Positions 1 to 10,156 of a stretch of 32,000 nucleotides of DNA are shown one piece after another. Under the pieces are notes generated by a model, which ran no database searches, was not told the origin of the DNA, and saw only the letters and a program-made list of their open reading frames with translations. Position 1 is the first letter of the stretch, and each line of letters starts with the position of its first letter. This stretch comes from Bdellovibrionales bacterium. GTDB lineage: Bacteria; Bdellovibrionota; Bdellovibrionia; Bdellovibrionales; UBA1609. A program made the position numbers and the translations under genes. The stretch spans positions 900,001-932,000 of the forward strand of contig OY843585.1 of the NCBI GenBank assembly GCA_963692945.1, given 5' to 3'.

Positions 1-1414
1 TCCGTCTTATTCAGAGGTGTTACCAAGTGAGGTTGATATTTCAAGTTCACTTGGTAAGGGTTTAACTTTGTCTATGCCTATTATTTCTGCTGCTATGGAT
101 ACGGTAACAGAACATAAAATGGCTCAAATTATGGCTCAAAGAGGTGGATTTGGAGTCATTCATAAAAACATGAGTATTCATTCTCAAGTGAAAGAAGTTG
201 AAAAAGTTAAAAAATATGAAAGTGGTATGATTTTAGATCCCGTCGCTTTATCTCCAGATCATATTCTTCAAGAAGCCAAGGATGTTATGTTTGAACATTC
301 TATTAGTGGTATTCCTATTACCAAAGGTAAGGAATTGGTAGGGATTATTACAAATAGAGATCTTAGATTTGAAACTGATTTAGGGCAAACTATAAATAAA
401 GTTATGACCACTAAAGATAAACTTGTAACAGTACAAAAAAATACAACTTTGGAAGAGGCTAAAAAAATATTACATAAATATCGTATTGAGAAATTACCTG
501 TTGTAGATGATCAATTTCATCTTGTAGGTTTGATTACTATTAAAGATATAGAAAAAGCAATAACCTTTCCTTTAGCCAATAAAGATAAGCATGGCCGTTT
601 ATTTGTAGGTGCAGCTATAGGAACTGGTAAAAATTTTTTAGAAAGAGTTGAGTCTCTTGTTAAGGCGGGGACAGATTTAATTTGTGTAGATACAGCCCAT
701 GGTCATTCTAAATATGTTATGGAATGTGTTCAAGAGATCAAAAAAAACTATCCTAATATTTTTATTATGGCAGGAAATGTTGCTACAGCTGAAGGGACAG
801 AAGACCTTATTAAAGTAGGAGCAGATATTGTAAAAGTAGGGATTGGGCCTGGTAGTATTTGTACCACTCGTATTATTTCTGGAGTAGGTGTTCCTCAAAT
901 CAGTGCCGTGATGGAGTGTTCTAAAGCGGCTAAAAAATTAGGGAAAACGGTTATTTCTGATGGAGGTGTTAAATACTCTGGAGATATAGTCAAAGCTCTT
1001 GCTCTAGGTGGATCTGCTGTTATGGTTGGTAATTTATTGGCTGGTTCTGATGAGGGGCCTGGTGAAACCATTTTGTATAGAGGACGAACTTATAAAATTT
1101 ATAGAGGTATGGGAAGTTTGGGAGCGATGAAAAAAGGTTCTAAAGATCGTTATGCTCAAGAGGATGTTTTGAATTTATCTAAGTTAGTTCCTGAAGGTAT
1201 TGAAGGACGAGTTCCTTATAGAGGGTCGGTCAATGCTATTTTAGATCAGTTGATTGGAGGATTACGTTCTGGTCTAGGTTATACAGGATCAAAAAATATG
1301 GAAAGTCTTCAAAAAAATGTGAAATTTGTCCATTTAAGTTTTCAAAGTTTAAGAGAGGCTCATGTTCACGATGTAACTATTACAAAAGAGGCTCCTAACT
1401 ATCGTATGGAGTGA
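1..1414 (+). CDS. guaB: IMP dehydrogenase (5' end truncated by window edge)
   Basis: The frame is open from base 2 (..[15 protein letters not shown]..), so the true start lies upstream of the window. Motifs seen: SAAMDTVTE, a CBS-pair-like insert, catalytic loop [28 protein letters not shown] and YRGMGS. Confidence 0.93.
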   Translation, partial: PSYSEVLPSEVDISSSLGKGLTLSMPIISAAMDTVTEHKMAQIMAQRGGFGVIHKNMSIHSQVKEVEKVKKYESGMILDPVALSPDHILQEAKDVMFEHSISGIPITKGKELVGIITNRDLRFETDLGQTINKVMTTKDKLVTVQKNTTLEEAKKILHKYRIEKLPVVDDQFHLVGLITIKDIEKAITFPLANKDKHGRLFVGAAIGTGKNFLERVESLVKAGTDLICVDTAHGHSKYVMECVQEIKKNYPNIFIMAGNVATAEGTEDLIKVGADIVKVGIGPGSICTTRIISGVGVPQISAVMECSKAAKKLGKTVISDGGVKYSGDIVKALALGGSAVMVGNLLAGSDEGPGETILYRGRTYKIYRGMGSLGAMKKGSKDRYAQEDVLNLSKLVPEGIEGRVPYRGSVNAILDQLIGGLRSGLGYTGSKNMESLQKNVKFVHLSFQSLREAHVHDVTITKEAPNYRME

Positions 1415-1457
1415 TCATTTTATTTTCTACTGATAGGTTAAGAGAGAGGATTTTTTA

Positions 1458-2975
1458 ATGCAACAAGGATTTTTGATTCTTGATTTTGGTTCTCAATACA
1501 CTTGGCTTATTGCTCGTCGGTTTCGTGAATTGGGTTATTATTCAGAGATTGTGTCTTATGATGAGTCTTTAGAAAGTATTCGTCAAAAAAAGCCTTACGG
1601 AATCATTATTAGTGGAGGTCCCTCTTCCGTTTTAGAAAAAGATTCTCCTCAACAATCTATTGATGGACTTTTAGATATAGCTCCTGTTTTAGCGATTTGT
1701 TATGGAATGCAACTTGTAGCACATCAAAAAGGAGGTCGGTTATCAAAATCTGAAATAAGAACTTATGGTAAAAATAAAATTTTATGGGAAGAAGATCTTA
1801 TTCTTGATAATAAAAATCAGATAGTATGGATGAGTCATGGTGACTCTGTTGAGGAACTTCCCCCTAAGGCAAAACTTTTAGCTAAAGATGAAAAAGGTCT
1901 TATTGTTGCTTTTTCTATGGATAGATTATGGGCTTTCCAATTTCATCCAGAAGTGAGTCATACAGAAAAAGGTTCTAATCTTTTAGAATCCTTTGCTAAG
2001 AATCTTTGTAAAGCTTCTTCAGGTTCTTGGAATTCAGAAATCATTCTGGAACATTTAATAATAAAATTAAAAAAACAAATTCCGATTACAGAAAATGTTT
2101 TTTGTGCTTTAAGTGGCGGAGTTGATTCAACAGTAACAGCAACACTTCTTACTCGTGCTTTAGGTCAGGAAAGAGTGCATAGTGTTTTTGTTGATACAGG
2201 TTTTTTACGAAAAAATGAATACAATGAAGTTTTGGATATGTATAGAAGTTTAAAAATCAATGTAAAAGGTGTTAAAGCAAAAAATCTATTTTTGTCAGAA
2301 CTAAAAGGAGTTACAGATCCTGAACAAAAAAGAAAAATTATAGGAAAAGTCTTTATAGATATTTTTAAAAAAGAAATGGGCGATTGTGTTTGGTTATCTC
2401 AAGGAACACTGTATCCTGATGTTATTGAGAGTGTTTCTCCAAAAGGTCATGGAGTGACTATTAAATCTCATCATAATGTTGGAGGGTTGCCTAAAGATTT
2501 AAATCTTAAATTGGTAGAACCTTTAAGGGAATTGTTTAAAGATGAAGTTCGTAAGATAGGAACAGAACTCAATATTCCGAGTAAAGCTTTAAACCGTCAT
2601 CCTTTTCCAGGTCCAGGGCTAGCTATTCGTTGTCTTGGAGTTTTAGAAGAAGAGAGATTGAATCTTTTGAAAGAGTCGGATGCTATTTACATAGAAGAAC
2701 TTAAAAAAAATAATTTGTATGATAAGATTTGGCAAGCCTTTTGTGTCTTACTTCCTGTAAAAAGTGTTGGAGTTCAAGGAGATGATCGTACTTATGAAGA
2801 AACAATAGGGTTAAGGGCTGTTACCTCTAAAGATGGTATGACAGCAGATTGGTATGACTTTCCTAAGGAGGTGTTACATGAAATTTCTCATCGTATTACT
2901 AATGAAGTTCAAGGTGTAAATCGTGTTGTGTATGATATTACAACAAAACCTCCTGGAACTATTGAGTGGGAATAA
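1458..2975 (+). CDS. guaA: GMP synthase (glutamine-hydrolysing)
   Basis: N-terminal GATase-1 motifs (ILDFGSQYTWLIARR, AICYGMQ, FQFHPE), ATP-pyrophosphatase P-loop SGGVDS, and the typical C-terminus KPPGTIEWE. A GAGAGAGGA Shine-Dalgarno-like run precedes the ATG. Confidence 0.93.
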   Translation: MQQGFLILDFGSQYTWLIARRFRELGYYSEIVSYDESLESIRQKKPYGIIISGGPSSVLEKDSPQQSIDGLLDIAPVLAICYGMQLVAHQKGGRLSKSEIRTYGKNKILWEEDLILDNKNQIVWMSHGDSVEELPPKAKLLAKDEKGLIVAFSMDRLWAFQFHPEVSHTEKGSNLLESFAKNLCKASSGSWNSEIILEHLIIKLKKQIPITENVFCALSGGVDSTVTATLLTRALGQERVHSVFVDTGFLRKNEYNEVLDMYRSLKINVKGVKAKNLFLSELKGVTDPEQKRKIIGKVFIDIFKKEMGDCVWLSQGTLYPDVIESVSPKGHGVTIKSHHNVGGLPKDLNLKLVEPLRELFKDEVRKIGTELNIPSKALNRHPFPGPGLAIRCLGVLEEERLNLLKESDAIYIEELKKNNLYDKIWQAFCVLLPVKSVGVQGDDRTYEETIGLRAVTSKDGMTADWYDFPKEVLHEISHRITNEVQGVNRVVYDITTKPPGTIEWE

Positions 2976-2980
2976 ATAAA

Positions 2981-5900
2981 ATGTCTTTTGTTCATCTTCA
3001 CGTTCATTCTCATTATTCTATACTTCAATCTTCTTGTACAGTTTCTGACCTGATTGATAAGAGTATAGAATATAAAATGGATTCTGTAGCTCTTACCGAT
3101 TATGGTAATATGTTTGGTAGTCTAGAATTTTATTTTTCAGCATTAGATAAAGGTATCAAGCCTATTTTAGGTTGTGAGATGTATTATGTTGATGATTGTC
3201 TAAAAAAAAGTAAATCTAATAATAATTTTAGAAATCCTATGGAGGGATATAAAACCTTAGTGCTTTTAGCAAAAAACTTAGAAGGCTATAGAAATTTATG
3301 TCGTATCAATACAAAGGCTTACCAAGAAGGTTTTTATTTTGTTCCAAGAGTGGATTATAAAGTTTTAGATCAATACAAGGAAGGCCTTATTGCTTTAACA
3401 GGAGGTCAAAGAGGAAGAGCATCTCATTTCTATCATAAAAAAGGAAAAGATCATGCTGTCCAAGAAATAGATAAGTTAAAATCTATTTTTAGAAAAGATC
3501 TTTATTTAACATTTCATCCTAAAGGTATAGATAAACATTTGGAATACAACTCTTTTTTAGTGGAAACTTCTAGAGATAAAAAAATTCCACTCGTATCTAG
3601 TAATGACGTTCATTATGTGAATAAAAAAGATTCTATTGTTCAAGATGTTCTTTTTTGTATAGGAACTAACAGAACATTGAGTGATAGAGAAAGATCACGA
3701 TTGGGTGTTTCAGAATTTTATTTTAAAGATTCTGATAAGATGTACAATATGTTTAATGATTCAGAATTTTCTCAAGTCTATAAAGAGGCTTGTGACAGGA
3801 CTTTGGAAGTTGCAGAACAATGTTCAGTCCATTTTAAAGTTAAGGATAAAGAGGGTAATCCTATTTACCATCTTCCCAAATTAACTCAGGTAAAAAGTGC
3901 AAAAGGTTTTAAAGATCTTGCTGTAAAGGGTTTAGAAAGGCGATTTAAAGAAGCAGATATGAGAGGGGAGTCGATTTTAGGAGAAAGGAAAAAAGAATAC
4001 AAAGATAGATTGCAATATGAATTAAAAATTATAGAAGATATGGGATTTATAGGTTATTTCCATATTGTTCAAGATTTTATTCATTGGTCTAAAAATCAAG
4101 GGATACCTGTAGGACCAGGGCGAGGTTCAGGAGCGAGTTCTCTTGTTTCTTACAGCTTAGGAATTACAGATCTTGATCCTATGCCTCTTAACCTTATTTT
4201 TGAAAGGTTCTTAAATCCAAAACGAATCAGTATGCCAGATTTTGATATTGATTTTTGTCAAGATAATAGACCTAAAGTGATTCAGTATATCAATGAAAAA
4301 TATGGTGCAGATTGCACTTCTCATGTGATCACTTATGGTCGGTTGAGTGTTAGAGCAGCTATTAGAGATGTAGGACGTGTTTTGGGGTTGAGCTATTCAG
4401 ATGTTGATTATATTGCCAAACTTATTCCTGATATTTTAGGTATCAACCTATCGGAGGCTTTAAAAAAAGAACCGAGACTTCGCTCTTTAAGAGAAGAAGA
4501 TCCTCAAATTGAAGAGCTTCTAAAATTGACTGGAATGTTAGAAGGTTTAATTCGTCATGTAGGAATCCATGCAGCAGGTATTATTATTGCTGATACGCCC
4601 ATTGTTGATTATGCACCTCTTTATAAAGGGCCAGATAATGAAAATGTTATTCAATATGATTTAAAACATACAGAAAAAATAGGTTTAGTTAAATTTGATT
4701 TTTTAGGTTTAAAAACTCTTACTCATATAAAAGAAACTATAAAGTTTATTGAAAAAACAAAAAATATAAAAATTAAAATTCAAAATATTTCTTTAAAAGA
4801 TAAAGGTATTTATCAAATTATGAGTCAAGGGGATACCATTGGAGTATTTCAATTTGAGGGTCATGGTATAACAGATCTTTTGATTAAAGCACAGCCAACA
4901 TGTTTTGAAGATATTGTTGCTATTAATGCTCTTTACAGACCAGGTCCTATGAGTATGATACCTTCTTATTTAAATAGGAAAAAAGGTCGTGTTCCTGTGA
5001 ATTATATTTTTCCAGAACTAGAACCTATTTTAAAAGAAACCTATGGAATTATTGTGTATCAAGAGCAAGTCCAACAAATTGCCGTAGAAATTGCTGGTTA
5101 CAGTTATGGAGAGGCTGATGTTTTAAGACGTGCTATGGGTAAAAAGATACAAGCAGAGATGGCTAGACAAAAAACGCGTTTTTTAGAAGGAGCAAAGAAA
5201 AAGAATTATGATAAAGCACGATCAGAGGAACTTTTTAATCTTATGGCAGAGTTTGCTAAATATGGATTCAATAAATCTCATGCAGCGGCTTATTGTGTTT
5301 TAGCGGCTCAAACGGCTTGGTTAAAGTTTTATTATCCTGTAGAATTTTTTGCTTCACAGTTAAGTATTGATCAAAATGATTCAGATAAGTTAACAACTTA
5401 TATTAGAGATGTAAAAAAACATAACATTTCTATTATTTCTCCTCATGTCAATACATCGTCTTTTCGGTTTTCCATTGAAGATAATAATATTCATTTTTCT
5501 CTTGGAGCTATAAAGGGTGTAGGAGAAATAGCAGCTCAATCTATAGAGCAAACAAGACAGTCTTTACCGAATAAAAAATTCTCAACTCTTGAGGAGTTTT
5601 TTGAAAACATTGATTTTAAAAAGATCAATAAAAAAACTTTAGAAAATTTAATTAAGTCTGGTGCTTTAGATGATTTTGGTTATGAAAGAAAAGAAATATA
5701 TGAAAGTATTGAAAAATTTACTAGGTATTCTTTTAAATTAAAAGAAGATAAAGAGACAGGACAGCAAAGTCTTTTTAGTTCTAAATTAAAAGAACAAGAT
5801 AGTGTCAAAATATCTCCTGTGAAATCTTGGACAGAAAAAGAGAGGCTATTTTTTGAGAAGGAAGTTTTTGGTTTTTATTTGAATAATCATCCTATGAAAT

Positions 5901-6481
5901 TTTTAGAAGGTTTAGAGAAATCCTTATCTTGTGAGAAAATAAAAACTTTAGAAAATTTAAAGAGTGTATCTCAAACTGTTCAAACTTTAGGAATGGTTCA
6001 AAGTCTTAAAGAGGTTATTACTAAGAAAAAAGGAAGAGTTATGGCTTTTGCTAAATTAGAAGATCATTCTGGTTGTTTAGAGGTTATATTTTTTCCAGAT
6101 ATTTATGAAAAATTTAAATCACTCCTTTTAAAGGAATCAGAGGTATTGTATTTTAAAGGTAATATACAAAACGAAAAATCTATCAATCGTTTAATTGTAG
6201 AAAATGTTAAGTCATTAGATGATCTTTTAAGAAATATAGCAACTGTAAAAATTCAAATAGACCCTACTATAAAAAAGCAAGATTTGAACTATCTAAAACA
6301 GATTTTAATAGATAGTAAGAAAGGAAGTTCTCATTTATGCCTTGAAACTTATATTCCCACTAAAAAAACTTTTGTAGAAATTGACATTAAGGGGGTTGTG
6401 CATGATATAGAAGTAAATCACAACTTGTTGGAAAAAATGTATAAAGTATTAAAAACAACAGAAAAAATACATTTTTCTTAG
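2981..6481 (+). CDS. dnaE: DNA polymerase III alpha subunit
   Basis: PHP-domain N-terminus MSFVHLHVHSHYS, GPGRGSGASSLVSYSLGITDLDP, catalytic PDFDIDF, FNKSHAAAY, and an OB-fold-like C-terminus. I prefer the ATG at 2981 (6 nt after the guaA stop) over the GTG at 2966, which overlaps guaA. Confidence 0.93.
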   Translation: MSFVHLHVHSHYSILQSSCTVSDLIDKSIEYKMDSVALTDYGNMFGSLEFYFSALDKGIKPILGCEMYYVDDCLKKSKSNNNFRNPMEGYKTLVLLAKNLEGYRNLCRINTKAYQEGFYFVPRVDYKVLDQYKEGLIALTGGQRGRASHFYHKKGKDHAVQEIDKLKSIFRKDLYLTFHPKGIDKHLEYNSFLVETSRDKKIPLVSSNDVHYVNKKDSIVQDVLFCIGTNRTLSDRERSRLGVSEFYFKDSDKMYNMFNDSEFSQVYKEACDRTLEVAEQCSVHFKVKDKEGNPIYHLPKLTQVKSAKGFKDLAVKGLERRFKEADMRGESILGERKKEYKDRLQYELKIIEDMGFIGYFHIVQDFIHWSKNQGIPVGPGRGSGASSLVSYSLGITDLDPMPLNLIFERFLNPKRISMPDFDIDFCQDNRPKVIQYINEKYGADCTSHVITYGRLSVRAAIRDVGRVLGLSYSDVDYIAKLIPDILGINLSEALKKEPRLRSLREEDPQIEELLKLTGMLEGLIRHVGIHAAGIIIADTPIVDYAPLYKGPDNENVIQYDLKHTEKIGLVKFDFLGLKTLTHIKETIKFIEKTKNIKIKIQNISLKDKGIYQIMSQGDTIGVFQFEGHGITDLLIKAQPTCFEDIVAINALYRPGPMSMIPSYLNRKKGRVPVNYIFPELEPILKETYGIIVYQEQVQQIAVEIAGYSYGEADVLRRAMGKKIQAEMARQKTRFLEGAKKKNYDKARSEELFNLMAEFAKYGFNKSHAAAYCVLAAQTAWLKFYYPVEFFASQLSIDQNDSDKLTTYIRDVKKHNISIISPHVNTSSFRFSIEDNNIHFSLGAIKGVGEIAAQSIEQTRQSLPNKKFSTLEEFFENIDFKKINKKTLENLIKSGALDDFGYERKEIYESIEKFTRYSFKLKEDKETGQQSLFSSKLKEQDSVKISPVKSWTEKERLFFEKEVFGFYLNNHPMKFLEGLEKSLSCEKIKTLENLKSVSQTVQTLGMVQSLKEVITKKKGRVMAFAKLEDHSGCLEVIFFPDIYEKFKSLLLKESEVLYFKGNIQNEKSINRLIVENVKSLDDLLRNIATVKIQIDPTIKKQDLNYLKQILIDSKKGSSHLCLETYIPTKKTFVEIDIKGVVHDIEVNHNLLEKMYKVLKTTEKIHFS

Positions 6482-6497
6482 TAAAAGGATAGATAGA

Positions 6498-7670
6498 GTG
6501 TTGTATAAATTACTTTTTGGATTTTTTATTTTTTTCTCTTCTTTTTCTTTATCTCAAAATATAGAACAGATTGAGATTGAGATAAAAACTAATGAAATCA
6601 ATAGAAGATTGATAGTGGAAAAATCTGTAGATGAAGTTTCTAGGAAATTTGTTAAGAGTTTTTTAGGGGAAGATAAGTTTAATAGTGAAAAACATAAGAT
6701 TGAAAAAAATATTATAAAAAACAAAAATAGATACATTTTATTTACAAAAATGAATAAATCTATTGAACAAAAAGATGGGACTTATCTTACTAAAATATTT
6801 ATAGGATTATCTAAAGAGAATTTACAATCTCTTTTAGTTGAGCACAATTTGTTTTATACTTCTCAAGGGGCTTCTTGTGTCCTTCCTGTTGTGGTTTTTG
6901 AAACAAATTTAAAAAATAAAAAAAATAATAAGAAATACAAATGGTGGAAAGAATCTTTTGGAAAAGAAAAAAGTTTGTCTAAAAATTTAGCAAAGATATT
7001 TTATACTTTTTTGAATCAAGAGATGATTAAGGGTGGGTTTTATAGTTTTGATCCTATTTTTTCTAGAGCTTATGAATCTATACCAAAAGCTTTTTTACCT
7101 AAAGGAAGTAGGACTAAGCATTTTATGAAATTATCTAAATTTTTAACTTGTGATATTATTCTTTCTGGGGTGGTTAAAATAAGTCAGCTTCAAAAAGATT
7201 CTTCTTATTTGAGTGAGTTATCTTTTATAGTTTTTAATATACAAACCAAACAAAAATTATTTAAATTTAAAGAAACTTTAAATTTGACAGCTTCTAATAA
7301 TAAGATGAATTTAGAACAACAATTTAAATCCAAATTATCAGATGTATTTAACAGTATAACATTTCAACTATCTTTTTATAAAAATAGAGGAACTTTGGAT
7401 TTGAATCGCATGATAATCAGTGTTCAAGGTCCATTAGATTATTATCAAAAAGAAAAGTTTAAAAAATATCTTTTACAAAATATTCCGTCTATTAAAGGAT
7501 TACAAGAGCGACTTTTAGCTTCTAATAAAATTGTTTATGAAGCAGAAATTTCTGAAAGTGTTTCTAAACTAGTTACAGATTTAAAGAAAAAATCAAAAAA
7601 TCCCTATTTTAGTATTCAAATAACTGGTTATAATAAGAAGCGATTGAATATCTACGCTAAAGAAAGATAG
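6498..7670 (+). CDS. hypothetical secreted or periplasmic protein (Lys/Asn-rich)
   Basis: 390-aa ORF with a hydrophobic N-terminus (LLFGFFIFFSSFSLSQN) that resembles a signal peptide. It starts with GTG or TTG. I recognise no family motif. Confidence 0.55.
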   Translation: MLYKLLFGFFIFFSSFSLSQNIEQIEIEIKTNEINRRLIVEKSVDEVSRKFVKSFLGEDKFNSEKHKIEKNIIKNKNRYILFTKMNKSIEQKDGTYLTKIFIGLSKENLQSLLVEHNLFYTSQGASCVLPVVVFETNLKNKKNNKKYKWWKESFGKEKSLSKNLAKIFYTFLNQEMIKGGFYSFDPIFSRAYESIPKAFLPKGSRTKHFMKLSKFLTCDIILSGVVKISQLQKDSSYLSELSFIVFNIQTKQKLFKFKETLNLTASNNKMNLEQQFKSKLSDVFNSITFQLSFYKNRGTLDLNRMIISVQGPLDYYQKEKFKKYLLQNIPSIKGLQERLLASNKIVYEAEISESVSKLVTDLKKKSKNPYFSIQITGYNKKRLNIYAKER

Positions 7671-7698
7671 AAAAAGGCTTCTTTATTTTAGGTAAAAA

Positions 7699-8379
7699 AT
7701 GTTATTACAATCTGAAAATTTTAAAAATGAAATATCTGAGAAAATTGTTTTTGATAAAGAATGGTTAGGTCTTGTTGATTTTCAAAAGAGTTTGAATCGG
7801 CAAGAAGAGTTAAAACATTCTGTTAAATCTGGAAAATTTTGTTTTTTAGGTTTTGAACCTAAAAATTCTATTATTACAAAAGGGTTAAGGTCTGTTTCTG
7901 AAGATATTTTATGGAGTAAGGAACAGCTTAAGAAGCACTATATAGAACAATTAGAATTACAAAGAGGTGGGCAGGCAACACTTCATACTCTAGGACAATT
8001 GGTTTTATATCCTGTTGTTTCACTGCCTTTACTAGGAATAAAAATGAAAAATTTTATTCTTGCCTTGGAGTCCATCACTCAATCTTTGTTTTTAGATATG
8101 GGTGTATCTACGAAAAGATTAGAGAAATACTCTGGTCTTTCTACTTCTGTAGGAAAAATAGCTTTTTTTGGAATACATATTTCAGAAGGTGTTAGTCAGC
8201 ATGGATTATCAATTAATGTTTTTAATGATTTAAATTTATTTTCCTCTATTAAGAGTTGTGGACTGAGTCATCGTATTCATGATAGTTTATTTTGTCAGGG
8301 AATTGACATCACTCCCAAAGAATTATTTTATAAGTGGGTGAAGAAAGCAGAACTATTTTTTATAAATGAGATAGAGTAA
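7699..8379 (+). CDS. lipB: octanoyltransferase (lipoyl(octanoyl) transferase)
   Basis: LipB-like motifs: RGGQATLHTLGQLVLYPV (compare RGGxxTYHGPGQ), KIAFFGIHISEGVSQHGLSINV (conserved Lys) and SCGL (conserved Cys). Size is 226 aa. Confidence 0.75.
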   Translation: MLLQSENFKNEISEKIVFDKEWLGLVDFQKSLNRQEELKHSVKSGKFCFLGFEPKNSIITKGLRSVSEDILWSKEQLKKHYIEQLELQRGGQATLHTLGQLVLYPVVSLPLLGIKMKNFILALESITQSLFLDMGVSTKRLEKYSGLSTSVGKIAFFGIHISEGVSQHGLSINVFNDLNLFSSIKSCGLSHRIHDSLFCQGIDITPKELFYKWVKKAELFFINEIE

Positions 8380-8473
8380 ATACTTATTATGAAAAATTTA
8401 TCTTTTTGTAATTGCATTAGATATTTTGTGAAGTGTTTCATTTGGATGGTCACTTTGAGTATTTGTAAAATAA

Positions 8474-8550
8474 TGGGATATAGCTCAGTTGGTTAGAGTG
8501 CTACCTTGACATGGTAGAGGTCGCTGGTTCGAGTCCAGTTATCCCAACCA
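8474..8550 (+). tRNA. tRNA-Val (anticodon GAC), CCA encoded
   Basis: Hand-folded cloverleaf. Acceptor TGGGATA/TATCCCA, then U8A9. D arm GCTC-AGTTGGTTA-GAGT. Anticodon arm CTACC-TTGACAT-GGTAG. T arm GCTGG-TTCGAGT-CCAGT. Discriminator A followed by CCA. Confidence 0.92.
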
Positions 8551-8564
8551 TTTTTGATTTTTTA

Positions 8565-9896
8565 TTATAGGTTACAGTTTTCGTTTTGTAAAATGAAATT
8601 CATATCACTCATAAGGTTATAAATAAAATTTGTAACTTCTGTCCGATTTCTATTAGATTCATAATTTTTATTCAAATAATAAGAGAAATCATCTACAAAG
8701 AATTCCGCTACATGAAGTCCATAGAGTTGGTGGTTAAAATTATAAAACAGCCCTTTTCTCATTAAACAAGAAAACTTGGAACTGACGGAGCAAGGCAGAG
8801 AAAGTTTAGATTTTAATTCAGTCATATAGTTTTTAAAATGTTTACTCGCAATTGTAATTCCTCCATTGTAAGACCAGTAAGCAAGAGTCCATTCTAATTT
8901 ATTTTCTACATTCCGGAAAATTGGAATTTTTGTCATGCTTATCTTCGAATCTTGTTTCAATTGCCTGTAAAGACTAATGAGCTTACCATTTTTATTTCTT
9001 TCAATTTCCTCTTCATCTTTAAATATATAAAATTTTGTATTTGTAGATCGATTGTCAAATACAAGAACCACTTCATTTAATTTTATAGGTAGTTGTATAT
9101 CTAGTTCAGACTCCATCCATTGATATCTCTCTTTCTTTTTTATAGAAAGTTCAAGTATTCTATGAATATCCGTTTTAAGCCATTTGATAAGAAACATTGA
9201 ATAGAAAAAACAAGAGAATGGATTTTTAGTAAGTTTACAATCTATTTGGTATATATCTTTTTTGGTAGTAGTAGATCGAATAACTAAATTATCCTGATAA
9301 TGAGGACAATTTTTAAGAAAATTTCTAAAAATAGGATTTCCTCTTTGAATTTCATGATTGACTGTTTTTATTCCACTAACAGTCATTTGTCCATAGCAGC
9401 GAGCTCCAGTGTAGCTTCTTATATTTGAAACAAAACCAGATTCATGGTTAAAAAGCGTAAATAAGTTTTTAGGGGGAAGATCAAAGCATTTAGCCATCTC
9501 ATGAAATATACGGTTAGTATTTGTTATATAGTTTTCATCTAAGCAAGGTCTTCGTGGATAGATGTATTTTTCTTTACATTTTTGGGAATTTCCTTCTTCA
9601 ATGCATGTAGTGACTTTTAAATTTGTTTTAACCCATGTTCCATCCTCTTTTTCTTCACAATGGATGAATCTTTTTCTAGAGGCTTTTGAAGTTGCTTTTT
9701 GAGCACTTGTTAGGAAGCAACCATTATTAATTTCAGAGGAGGTTGCATTTGAAGGTAGAGAATCCAATAGTTGTTGTATAAAAGTATCTGTATTGGAAAA
9801 AGGTGAAGCTTCTTGATTTCTCCAGTTGCATTTCTCATAGTCTGAAGCCATTGCTGGCTGAGTTAAAATCAAAATAAATAAAAAATAAATTTTCAT
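8565..9896 (-). CDS. Cys-rich secreted hypothetical protein with a possible divergent lytic-transglycosylase-like core
   Basis: Signal peptide MKIYFLFILILTQPAMA|S and many Cys residues. The stretch NHESGFVSNIRSYTGARCYGQMT loosely resembles the SLT motifs ES...S..GA.GLMQ. A later AYWSYNGG resembles AYNAG, but the spacing is much longer than in canonical SLT domains. Confidence 0.5.
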   Translation of the reverse strand: MKIYFLFILILTQPAMASDYEKCNWRNQEASPFSNTDTFIQQLLDSLPSNATSSEINNGCFLTSAQKATSKASRKRFIHCEEKEDGTWVKTNLKVTTCIEEGNSQKCKEKYIYPRRPCLDENYITNTNRIFHEMAKCFDLPPKNLFTLFNHESGFVSNIRSYTGARCYGQMTVSGIKTVNHEIQRGNPIFRNFLKNCPHYQDNLVIRSTTTKKDIYQIDCKLTKNPFSCFFYSMFLIKWLKTDIHRILELSIKKKERYQWMESELDIQLPIKLNEVVLVFDNRSTNTKFYIFKDEEEIERNKNGKLISLYRQLKQDSKISMTKIPIFRNVENKLEWTLAYWSYNGGITIASKHFKNYMTELKSKLSLPCSVSSKFSCLMRKGLFYNFNHQLYGLHVAEFFVDDFSYYLNKNYESNRNRTEVTNFIYNLMSDMNFILQNENCNL

Positions 9897-10077
9897 AAAT
9901 ATAAACCTTTCTTTTAATAGACCTTAATCTATAGTGACAGAAGTGAGATTGAATTTTTAGAAATTCATCATAAAAAATGAATTATAATCCTTTAGTCTAG
10001 TTCATTAGGGAAGACCTCAGTTCCTTTATTGAAAGTCCTAGCATTTAGTTAGAAAGGGACTATTTTTTGTCACAACA

Positions 10078-10143
10078 GGAAAAAAATTCATTTTCATTGA
10101 AAAGAAATGGTGTTTTTTTATTTTTTGATCATAATGTAACTCT
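10078..10143 (+). promoter_or_regulatory. conserved upstream element, copy 1 (putative promoter or 5' leader of the protease-SLR paralogs)
   Basis: GGAAAAAAATTCATTTTCATTGAAAAGAAATGGTG-T(n)-A-T(n)-GATCATAATGTAACTCT. It contains the palindrome TTTTCA-T-TGAAAA and a CATAAT -10-like hexamer. The same element occurs before all four paralogs. Confidence 0.5.
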
Positions 10144-10156
10144 AGTCTTTAATGTT

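Noticed and set aside
8390-8494. 34-aa ORF (MKNLSFCNCIRYFVKCFIWMVTLSICKIMGYSSVG) between lipB and tRNA-Val
   Set aside because: It runs into the tRNA-Val gene and has no supporting signals. The region is more likely the tRNA promoter.
10067-10156. N-terminal extension of paralog 1 (MSQQEKNSFSLKRNGVFLFFDHNVTLVFNV)
   Set aside because: This stretch is the translation of the conserved upstream element, which is non-coding (contains stops or is out of frame) in front of the other three paralogs. The conserved signal peptide starts at 10157.
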